DNA of 23,933 nt from Candidatus Fraserbacteria bacterium (lineage in GTDB: Bacteria > Bipolaricaulota > Bipolaricaulia > RBG-16-55-9 > JANLFV01). Below, piece by piece: positions 16,935 to 23,933 of the stretch. Both the position numbers and the translations under genes were made by a program. The notes under the pieces are model-generated. The model was not told the DNA's origin. It saw only the letters and a program-made list of their open reading frames with translations, and ran no database searches. The stretch spans positions 1-23,933 of the forward strand of contig JBBIJD010000022.1 in assembly GCA_037446135.1 (NCBI GenBank), in the 5' to 3' direction. Numbering within the stretch: position 1 is the first letter of the stretch; every line of letters begins with the position of its first letter.

Positions 16935-17048
16935 AGGGGGGATGAAAAAGGCAAACCCGTCGCGAGGCGGGGGCGCAAAGCTCCAGGTCCCACGTGGACG
17001 GCTGAGTTGCCATTACCTCCTGAGAACTAACTCTGATTCTTAGGAGGT
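16935..17048 (+). ncRNA. c-di-GMP-I (GEMM-I) riboswitch with translational expression platform
   Basis: GGCAAACCCGTC-GCGA-GGCGGGGGCGCAAAGCT-CCAGGTCC..GGACGGCTG-AGTTGCC matches the GEMM consensus. P1 is AGGGGGGATG/CATT(A)CCTCCT. The anti-SD at 17015-17026 pairs with 17037-17048. Confidence 0.93.
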
Positions 17049-17055
17049 GTTGGAA

Positions 17056-17595
17056 ATGAGGTTGCTCAAATTTGGAGTGCTTGGGCTTCTGGCCCTGCTC
17101 CTCCTCTTCCCAGTCCTCACCCAGGCTGACACCGAAGGGACGGCTGATGTTACTGTTACCCTCCAGGATGTGATCGATGTCACTGTCGTGGACAACCTCA
17201 CCGATGCGACGATCACCCAAACCTGGCTCGATGCCAACTACGGCGATGCCACGGCCATGCACTATGACCTGGGCACCTTCACCGTCCAGATCATTGCCTT
17301 GACCAACTTCAATGTCGCCACCTGCTACGAGTGGAGCAGCAACAAGGCAAATCCACCGGCGTTCACCGACGATCCCCTTGAGCTGACTGATGAAGCTCAC
17401 ACCGTCATCGGCGACATCACACTCTGCCCCACGACCATGGACATCTCCACTTACTTCTCCGGGCAGAACAACACCCCGGGCGAGGATTACACCTTCGACC
17501 TCCACATCTACCTAGACGACCTTGGAGACCGCGCCGCGGGTGAGGTGCTCACCTTCACCGTCCACGTCTATGTCAGCGATCCGACTGATCCGTAA
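17056..17595 (+). CDS. Putative major pilin of a chaperone-usher-like fimbria
   Basis: SD AGGAGG 8 nt before ATG, Sec signal (LTQA|D), mature N-terminus DTEGTADVTVTLQDVIDVTV with alternating hydrophobics, acidic Thr-rich all-beta body, two Cys, C-terminal AAGEVLTFTVHVYV strand. Confidence 0.7.
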   Translation: MRLLKFGVLGLLALLLLFPVLTQADTEGTADVTVTLQDVIDVTVVDNLTDATITQTWLDANYGDATAMHYDLGTFTVQIIALTNFNVATCYEWSSNKANPPAFTDDPLELTDEAHTVIGDITLCPTTMDISTYFSGQNNTPGEDYTFDLHIYLDDLGDRAAGEVLTFTVHVYVSDPTDP

Positions 17596-17610
17596 ATTGG
17601 GCGAGAGGAT

Positions 17611-17645
17611 CAGCCGGGGGGAGCACCCATCGCTCCCCCCGGCTG
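17611..17645 (+). terminator. 14-bp stem-loop after the major subunit gene (no U-tract)
   Basis: CAGCCGGGGGGAGC-ACCCATC-GCTCCCCCCGGCTG. Confidence 0.7.
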
Positions 17646-17662
17646 GAGAGCAATCGGCGAAA

Positions 17663-18448
17663 GTGAAGGCCCAAACGAGGATTCTTTTAGCTATCATTGT
17701 GGCCTTAATGTTACTACCGCTCGGCGGTCTTGGGGATACTGAAGGGACGGTCGATGTGGTCCTCACCATAGAGGATGTGATAGACCTCTCTATTTGCCCT
17801 TTCCTCCCCTCTCCCTCGCCCCCGGAGCGCGCCTCCGCCTGCAGGGGTGTGACGATCTGCCTCTTTCCTCCAGGTCCGGAGCAGGAGGAGGAAGAGGAAC
17901 GAGAGGGGGTTCCGCACTGCCGATTAAGGGGGCTTGAGGGAGCGTTGACCGAGTTGGCCGCCCGGCTTGAGGCCGGTGGGACGGCAGAGGTCTGGGTGGC
18001 TGGGGAATCGGGGATTGAAAGGCGGCGACTCCTTTACGATCTCCAGTTCCTGGAAGGAGCAGCACCCACTCTCGCCCCAGGGCTGCTCCCCCAAGGGACG
18101 GAGTTGGTGCTGCTGGAGGGGATCGGGGTCGAGGTGGTCGCTCTCACCGATTTTGGAGTTCGGGTGAGCCTCTCCTCGGCCACAAGGAACGGCCTCCTTG
18201 ACCCGGAGCTCTTGGCTGCCGAGCCACTCCTCATCCAGCGGCGGGTAGGTGAGCTTCTATTCTATCCTATACCGAGTGCCGCTCGGGGCTATCTCACCCT
18301 GGAGGACTTCTCGGGCGAGAACAACCTCCCAGGGGAGGGCTATGGATATTACCTCTTGCTAGACCTGGGGCGGCTTAATGGCTGTCGGGTGGGCGATCGG
18401 CTGGAGTTTGAGCTCAAGTTTGTGGTGGAGGATGTGACTGACCTATGA
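17663..18448 (+). CDS. Putative minor pilin (paralogue of 17056-17595 with an internal insertion)
   Basis: GTG start inferred from the signal peptide. Mature N-terminus DTEGTVDVVLTIEDVIDL; VVALTDFGV versus IIALTNFNV; FSGENNLPGEGY versus FSGQNNTPGEDY. Confidence 0.65.
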   Translation: MKAQTRILLAIIVALMLLPLGGLGDTEGTVDVVLTIEDVIDLSICPFLPSPSPPERASACRGVTICLFPPGPEQEEEEEREGVPHCRLRGLEGALTELAARLEAGGTAEVWVAGESGIERRRLLYDLQFLEGAAPTLAPGLLPQGTELVLLEGIGVEVVALTDFGVRVSLSSATRNGLLDPELLAAEPLLIQRRVGELLFYPIPSAARGYLTLEDFSGENNLPGEGYGYYLLLDLGRLNGCRVGDRLEFELKFVVEDVTDL

Positions 18449-19386
18449 AGGCGAGGGCAGGGATAAGGCTCCTCGGGCTTGTGGTCCTCTTGTTCCTGCT
18501 TTTGGTCCTTCGAGCTCTGGCCCAGTATGACACCGGCTGGCAGGACCCTTCCCAGGATATGGGCGCCTTCGAGGCTCCCTTCCAGGCCTACCATGATGGC
18601 GGTGGGGCGGCGATCGCCGGGCGTGATGAGTCACACCAGTATTGGGGTTACAGCTTCTCCCTCCCCGCCGGGATGGTGGTCGAGGGTATCGAGGTGCGGC
18701 TCGATGCCTGGCGTGAGTCGGGCGTTCCCCTGGCAGCCCTTTATGTCGAGCTGTCTTGGGATGGGGGGATAAGTTGGACTTCAACGGGATATAATACGGG
18801 TCCTCTGGCCACAACGGAGACGACCTACATCCTTGGAGGGCCGAACGACACTTGGGGTCGGACCTGGACCGCTTCCGAGCTCAGCGATGCGAATTTCAGG
18901 GTCCGGATAACCACATCGGGCCTTGAGCCCGGGAAAGTGATTCACCTGGATTGGGTCCCCGTGAAGGTTTACTACGCACCCGCCCTGGAGCTGACTGTCA
19001 TCGATCACTTAACGGACTCTACGATCGCTCAAGCTGACCTAGACTCCTGGTTCGGCGATCCGGAGCAGGTTCAGCAGCCCTTGGGCTCATTCGATGTAAC
19101 CATCACTGCCAGGGTCAACTATCAGGTCGAGGCCTGCTATGAGGTGACTCCCGGCCCCAGCCCGCCCTTCACCGATGATCCCCTTAAGGTCGAGAACCCT
19201 CGAGACTCAAACAATTGGGTTTACCTGCCTCAGTGCCCCGCAACGATCCAGCTCCTCGGCTTCAGCGGGACGCCGGGGACGGAGACCCGGACCTATCCGG
19301 TGGAGATAGATCTATCGCGGCTCGGCGATCAGAAGGGTGGTCAGCCGTTCCAGTTCACGATCAGAGTGAGGGCTTCGCAGCTCTAA
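18445..19386 (+). CDS. Putative two-domain tip adhesin (Trp-rich N-domain plus C-terminal pilin domain)
   Basis: Signal peptide ALA|Q. The C-terminal ~135 aa align with the major subunit (TVIDHLTDSTIAQ, LGSFDVTI, CYE, PPFTDDPL, CP.T, LGD..G). No DTEGT extension. Confidence 0.65.
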   Translation: MKARAGIRLLGLVVLLFLLLVLRALAQYDTGWQDPSQDMGAFEAPFQAYHDGGGAAIAGRDESHQYWGYSFSLPAGMVVEGIEVRLDAWRESGVPLAALYVELSWDGGISWTSTGYNTGPLATTETTYILGGPNDTWGRTWTASELSDANFRVRITTSGLEPGKVIHLDWVPVKVYYAPALELTVIDHLTDSTIAQADLDSWFGDPEQVQQPLGSFDVTITARVNYQVEACYEVTPGPSPPFTDDPLKVENPRDSNNWVYLPQCPATIQLLGFSGTPGTETRTYPVEIDLSRLGDQKGGQPFQFTIRVRASQL

Positions 19387-19389
19387 GGG

Positions 19390-20193
19390 GTGATGGGCGT
19401 GCTAAAGATTCGACGCTTGTATCTGCTTTTGCATTTGAGGCTAGTGGGGCTTTTGGGCCTGTTGCTACTCACCGCCGTCGCCGGCCTGGCCGATCTGGCG
19501 GTGGGCCCGCTGAGCCTCCGGCTGGAGGTCCCGGCCGGGGGGAGCGGGATCGGCTCCTTCCGGGTGCACAATACCGGGGAGGAGCCGATCAGGGTCCTCA
19601 TCTCCTTGTGGGACTGGTGGAGGGAGCTGGACGGGAAGATGGTGGTCCTCCCGCCGGGGACGTTGGAGAGGTCTCTCGTCCCCTGGATCGAGTTCCTCTC
19701 GCCGACCGACTTCTCCCTGGAGCCGAGTGCCGCTCAGGAGGTCAACTTCTCCGTCACTGTCCCTGAGGAGGCCGACGGCGACCATTGGGCCCTGATCATC
19801 GTCGATCAGGTGATCCCTGAGCCCCAGGGCTTCCAGGTGGTGGTCGGCTATGCGATCAAGGTCCTCCAGACCGACCCGACAACGGCGCGGAAGGAGGCGC
19901 GGATCACAGGGTTAGAAGTGACGAGCCTCGATCCCCTCAGGATAATGATCACCTTTGCCAACACCGGCAACGCCCACCTGCGAACCAAGGGTTATCTTGA
20001 GGTGCGGGATGAGAGGGGCGAGACGGTGAGGCAGGTGGAGGTCGAGGAGTTCCCGACCCTGCCGGGGGAGGTAAGGGAGCTGGTGGTGGAGATGGAGAAG
20101 CTGCCGCCGGGCCGGTATCTCGCCCTGGTGGTGCTCGACTTCGGCGGAGATTACCTAATCGCCAAGCAGAGGTCGTTCGAGGTAGAAGGGTAA
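19390..20193 (+). CDS. Putative periplasmic fimbrial chaperone (PapD/EcpB/DUF916-like two-Ig-domain protein)
   Basis: Signal peptide; LAVGPL, FRVHNTGEEP, WIEFLSPTDFSLEP, EVNFSVTVP, GDHWALIIV; second domain NTGNAHLR, LPGEVR, LPPGRY. Confidence 0.7.
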   Translation: MMGVLKIRRLYLLLHLRLVGLLGLLLLTAVAGLADLAVGPLSLRLEVPAGGSGIGSFRVHNTGEEPIRVLISLWDWWRELDGKMVVLPPGTLERSLVPWIEFLSPTDFSLEPSAAQEVNFSVTVPEEADGDHWALIIVDQVIPEPQGFQVVVGYAIKVLQTDPTTARKEARITGLEVTSLDPLRIMITFANTGNAHLRTKGYLEVRDERGETVRQVEVEEFPTLPGEVRELVVEMEKLPPGRYLALVVLDFGGDYLIAKQRSFEVEG

Positions 20194-20237
20194 GGTAAAA
20201 GGAAACTGTCTGAAGGGAAGCCAAGTGGGGTGAGAGG

Positions 20238-22973
20238 GTGAAAAAATTGGGCAAAAGGGGGCTGTTTTTCCTCTTCTTATTATTGCTGCCTCTTGTAATG
20301 GTCCTTTCCGGCCGGTCGGCCGGGGCAGCGGCAGTCGATGTGGAAGTCGTTTCGCCGCCGAAGGAGGTCCGGCCCGGCGGGGTGGTCACCCATGTCTTTG
20401 CCGTGAGGAACATCGGCACAGCCCCCGACCGCTATGATCTTGAGGCCACCGCTCCCCAGGGCTGGACGATCGTCGATGTTCCGCCCTCGACCGGTCTACT
20501 CGATCCGGGCAGGGAGGAGAGGGTCTTCGTCACCGTGATCGTCCCTTCCACAGCCTTAGCCGGTAGCTATCCCTTGGTGCTGAAAGCTATCTCTCAGACC
20601 GATCCCACAGTGACCGACTCAGCCACGGCGCTCATCAAGGTCATCCAGGTAGCGGGGGTCGAGCTGATCGCCCCTCCGGGGAGGCGAGCCGAACCAGGAG
20701 AGATCGTCTCCTATACTTTCAAGATCATCAACCATGGCAACGTCATCGACAGCTTCGCGCTGACCGCCCGCTCCTCGCGAGGATACCCGGTCGAGCTCGA
20801 GCCGGAACTGATCGAGCTCTTCCCGGGTGAGCAAGGGGAGGTAGTGGTCACCCTCCACATCCCCAAGGATGCCGAGCCGGGGATGGACCGACTCACGGTC
20901 GAGGCCGTCTCCGCCGTCTCCCCCGAGGTAAAAGCCAGCGTTACCGTGATCACCGAGATCTTGCCCCCTCCCCCTCAGGCCGTCGGGGGGACACTCTTCC
21001 TGGAGGTGCCCGCTTACCTAAGAGCCAGCCTCCTCTGGGCTTCAGCGGAGCGGAAGGTCTCCCTGCCCCTCGACTTCAGCTTGAGAGGCGAACATGAGGG
21101 CCTGATATTCAGCTTGAGAGCCAGCGTTGCTGAGCTGCTCACCATGGAGGAGGGGAGGTTTGCTATCGGCCTCGGCACTGCAAGAGGGATGCTCCTCTTG
21201 GAGCGGGGTGAGGAATTCAGCAGGGTGGGCCTATCCCTCCCTCCGCTTGCGCTGTCGCTGCAGACTCAATCTGAGGGGACCATCTTTGAAGCCTCCCTGA
21301 GCTTGAGGGCAGGGCTGGCGGGCCTTGGAGCGAAGCTCGGTTGGAGCGCGTGGGAGGAGGAGCAAGATCAAGCCTTCTCCTCAGCCTTGGACTTGGATCT
21401 GGACTCACTCCACTTCTGGCTCTCCGGCTACCGATTTGGGCCGAACTTCCCTGAGAACCCGGATAAGATGGGGCTGAGCCTGTCCCTGCGCGCCCCGGTC
21501 GGCCCGGCCTCTCTCAGCCTCTTTGCCGGCTTCTCCTGCAACAATGTGGAAGGGGACCCCGCGCTGCCAACCATCTCCACCCTCTCCACTCAGGCGAACT
21601 TCCTTCTTCCCCTGCCCGGGCTGCCCTCGCTGGAATTGCGCTTCGAGGATGAGCGACGGAGCGGTGATGGCCTCGCTCCGACGAGCGAGCAGAGGACTCA
21701 GTTCTCCTATCGGATCTACTATTTTAATTACCCCTTTTCCATATTCCTCTACGATAGCTCGGGGCGGCAGACCGATTACATCGCCGGGACCGAATACGAG
21801 TTCTCCAGTTTTGGCACCTACCTTGGCTTCGTGACAGAGGAGTCCATCGGTTTTTTGGCCCTCCTCCTGGAGAGCAAGAAGGATGCGGAGACCGGGCTGA
21901 TCCTCGAGGCCACCTCGAAGCTGGACCTCGGACTCACCCTCTGGGGGTTTACCGTTCGGGCCTCGTTCGAACTTGCCCGCCCTTTAAGGATCTATACCGA
22001 GGTGAGCAAGCATATCACTAAGGATATCAAGATCGTCTTCCGTCAAGAGATTAAGGAGGGAGGGGTTGCAGAGAGCGTCGAGCTGGCGGCAGGGTTCTAC
22101 CTGCCGCTACCGTTTATCGTGGTCAAGGGCCAGGTCGAGGGCCATGTCTTCATCGATGAGAACGGCAACGGTCTCCTTGACCCCGGCGAGCCAGGGGTGC
22201 CCGATCTGATCCTGGCCATCGACAAGGTCTTAGCTCGCACCAATGGGGAAGGATTCTACCGATTCCCACCCCTCCAACCTGGGAGATACAAACTCAACAT
22301 TGAGAGGATCCCTTTGGGCTTAGTCCCCAGGGTGCCACTGCCGATCGAGGTTACGATCGAGGCCAGCCGGGTCTTGGTGGTGGATATCCCCTTAGAGAGG
22401 GCGGGAGTCATCTACGGCCTGGTCTTCCATGATGCTAACCGGAACGGGATCTTTGACCGGGGGGAGAGAGGCATCCCCGAGGTGAGGATCCTCGCCACCG
22501 ACCGAGTAATCCAGGAAACCCGCACCGGCCCAGATGGCCAGTTCGCCTTCGCTCTTCCCTTAGGAGAATACCTGATTAGGCTAGATGAAGCCACGCTCCC
22601 GGAGAGGTTTGAGCTCATCACGCCGGGAGAGGTGACTGTAACTATCAGCCAGCCTGGTCAGAGAGCCTACATCGAGTTCGGGGCGACGGAGAAAGCCCGG
22701 CCGATCCTGTTCGCCCCCACCGCCGACTTCACCTTCACCCCAGAGCATCCCCGGCCAGGGGAGATAGTAACCTTTAATGCCTCGGCCTCTTACGATCCAG
22801 ATGGCTGGATCGTGAACTATGAGTGGGACTTCAACGACGATGGGGTGACGGATGCTTTGGGCAAGGTCGTGGAGTGGACCTTCCCCCAGCCGGGAGAATA
22901 CCTCGTCACCCTCACGGTGACAGACAATGACGGACTTGTGGATTCTGTGACCAAGACGGTTCTCGTAGGCTAA
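20238..22973 (+). CDS. Usher-like outer-membrane protein: two NEW3-like Ig domains, beta-rich core, two SdrD B-like domains, PKD domain
   Basis: VRNIGTAPDRY and IINHGNVIDSF repeats; ~380 aa of amphipathic strands; GHVFIDENGNGLLDPGEPG and GLVFHDANRNGIFDRGERG; PKD FNASASYDPDG..YEWDF..GEYLVTLTVTDNDG. Confidence 0.65.
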   Translation: MKKLGKRGLFFLFLLLLPLVMVLSGRSAGAAAVDVEVVSPPKEVRPGGVVTHVFAVRNIGTAPDRYDLEATAPQGWTIVDVPPSTGLLDPGREERVFVTVIVPSTALAGSYPLVLKAISQTDPTVTDSATALIKVIQVAGVELIAPPGRRAEPGEIVSYTFKIINHGNVIDSFALTARSSRGYPVELEPELIELFPGEQGEVVVTLHIPKDAEPGMDRLTVEAVSAVSPEVKASVTVITEILPPPPQAVGGTLFLEVPAYLRASLLWASAERKVSLPLDFSLRGEHEGLIFSLRASVAELLTMEEGRFAIGLGTARGMLLLERGEEFSRVGLSLPPLALSLQTQSEGTIFEASLSLRAGLAGLGAKLGWSAWEEEQDQAFSSALDLDLDSLHFWLSGYRFGPNFPENPDKMGLSLSLRAPVGPASLSLFAGFSCNNVEGDPALPTISTLSTQANFLLPLPGLPSLELRFEDERRSGDGLAPTSEQRTQFSYRIYYFNYPFSIFLYDSSGRQTDYIAGTEYEFSSFGTYLGFVTEESIGFLALLLESKKDAETGLILEATSKLDLGLTLWGFTVRASFELARPLRIYTEVSKHITKDIKIVFRQEIKEGGVAESVELAAGFYLPLPFIVVKGQVEGHVFIDENGNGLLDPGEPGVPDLILAIDKVLARTNGEGFYRFPPLQPGRYKLNIERIPLGLVPRVPLPIEVTIEASRVLVVDIPLERAGVIYGLVFHDANRNGIFDRGERGIPEVRILATDRVIQETRTGPDGQFAFALPLGEYLIRLDEATLPERFELITPGEVTVTISQPGQRAYIEFGATEKARPILFAPTADFTFTPEHPRPGEIVTFNASASYDPDGWIVNYEWDFNDDGVTDALGKVVEWTFPQPGEYLVTLTVTDNDGLVDSVTKTVLVG

Positions 22974-23004
22974 GTTTCCAGGCGCATGCCATAGCACCAT
23001 AGAG

Positions 23005-23933
23005 CTAGTCAAGGCACTCCGGGGGGAGGAATTCGGCGGTAAAGAGCTCTTCCAGCCCTGCCTCCCGAGCGATCAGCCCCTGTTCGTAGAGGAAGCCTTG
23101 GATCTCGCTCCACCTCGCAGGGTCGTTGACGCAGGGCGAGCCGCCAAAATAGAGGATGGTGGCCAGGAATGAGCGAAGATTCAACTCGTAGTCCAGCTCA
23201 CGCAGCTCAGGGTTAGCCGCGAAGAAGATGTCTAGAGCTTTATTAGGATCGCGAAGGGTAAACTCGATCGCCCTCCCCAGGGCGGAGACGAAGCCCTTGA
23301 GCGGCCCGGGCCGGCCCGCGATCGTGGCCTCACTGGCCACGAGGACCAGCTCATAATTATCGGGGATGCAATACTCCTCCATCGGGAAGAAGACGGTCTC
23401 CTCCCCCTGGAGCTCGACCAGGACCTTCTCGTAATTCCGGAAGGCCCCGATCGCCCCGACGGCCCCGGAGAGCAAAGCCGAGACGGTGTTGAACCCGACA
23501 TTGATCAGCTCATATTCTTGGGGCCCGAGGCCGACGCAGCCGAGCATCGCCCGCCAGAGGACCGGCTCCTCCGGCTCGAGGGCGTAGCCGATCCGCCTCC
23601 CCCGGAGGTCCTCTAAGCGCGAGATCCCCCGCCCCTTGAGGGCCATGAGCCCTCCCAGAGGGTGCTGGATCAGCCCCGCGATGGCCTTCAACGGAAGCCC
23701 GGCAGCCCGGGCGACGATCAGATTCATCCCGGTGGTGATGGCCAGGTCAACCCTCCCCGCCGCGGCCAGCTTGGCCGGGTCGGCGGGATTCCCCGGGACT
23801 TGGAGCTCGACTTCCAGGCCCTCGTCCGCGAAGAACCCTTCAGCTTGGGCGACATAGAGCGGGACATGATTGGGATTGGGGAGCCAGTCGAGCATCAAAG
23901 TAATCCGCTCGACATCAGCCCCTTGCAGGCCGA
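23005..23933 (-). CDS. NMT1/THI5-like (ThiY-type) ABC substrate-binding protein, 5'-truncated by the window
   Basis: LDWLPNPNHVPLYVAQAEGFFADEGLEV, DLRGRRIGY, INVGFN, FRNYE. The frame stays open to the window edge. Confidence 0.88.
   Translation of the reverse strand, partial: GLQGADVERITLMLDWLPNPNHVPLYVAQAEGFFADEGLEVELQVPGNPADPAKLAAAGRVDLAITTGMNLIVARAAGLPLKAIAGLIQHPLGGLMALKGRGISRLEDLRGRRIGYALEPEEPVLWRAMLGCVGLGPQEYELINVGFNTVSALLSGAVGAIGAFRNYEKVLVELQGEETVFFPMEEYCIPDNYELVLVASEATIAGRPGPLKGFVSALGRAIEFTLRDPNKALDIFFAANPELRELDYELNLRSFLATILYFGGSPCVNDPARWSEIQGFLYEQGLIAREAGLEELFTAEFLPPECLD

Noticed and set aside
16935..17021. 3',3'-cGAMP (GEMM-Ib) specificity
   Set aside because: The discriminating position 20 is G, not A.
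16942..17043. 33-codon uORF running through the riboswitch
   Set aside because: No properly spaced SD; the sequence is explained by aptamer constraints.
17056..20193. WxL, sortase, type IV or TasA-type filament
   Set aside because: No WxL or LPxTG motifs, class III signal peptides, sortase or SipW. The chaperone lacks a C-terminal membrane anchor, and a barrel-like gene is present.
1..23933. CRISPR array, integrase, transposase or defence system
   Set aside because: No regularly spaced repeats or such genes seen. The DNA beyond the tRNA 3' ends lies outside the window.

Overview
GC-rich bacterial chromosomal window. The gene style is compatible with a diderm deep-branching lineage such as Ca. 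Bipolaricaulota, but this is an unverified impression. Contents from left to right: a tRNA-Ser(CGA)/tRNA-Arg(GCG) pair; a peptidase-rich block (rhomboid, M42, M1, stand-alone Lrp/AsnC domain, PorV/FadL-like outer-membrane protein); a ClC-CBS transporter divergent from a HAD hydrolase; a PhnDCEE-type ABC transporter with RDD-fused permeases; nadC-nadA-nadB; a five-gene surface-filament operon; and a partial NMT1/THI5-like binding protein. The most interesting part is 16843-22973. A c-di-GMP-I (GEMM) riboswitch, whose P1 strand competes with a hairpin that sequesters the ribosome-binding site (a predicted translational ON switch), heads an operon that looks like a non-canonical chaperone-usher pilus. 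It encodes three paralogous secreted subunits (major pilin with a donor-strand-like N-terminus, a minor pilin, and a two-domain tip adhesin), a chaperone-like protein and a 911-aa Ig/beta-barrel/Ig usher-like protein. Its promoter has perfect consensus boxes, a short 15-bp spacer and an A8 tract. Other oddities are a structured 42-nt in-frame insertion in nadA and an A/T-biased, mirror-symmetric six-Cys insertion in the PhnD-like protein. No database searches were run; family calls rest on recognised motifs.
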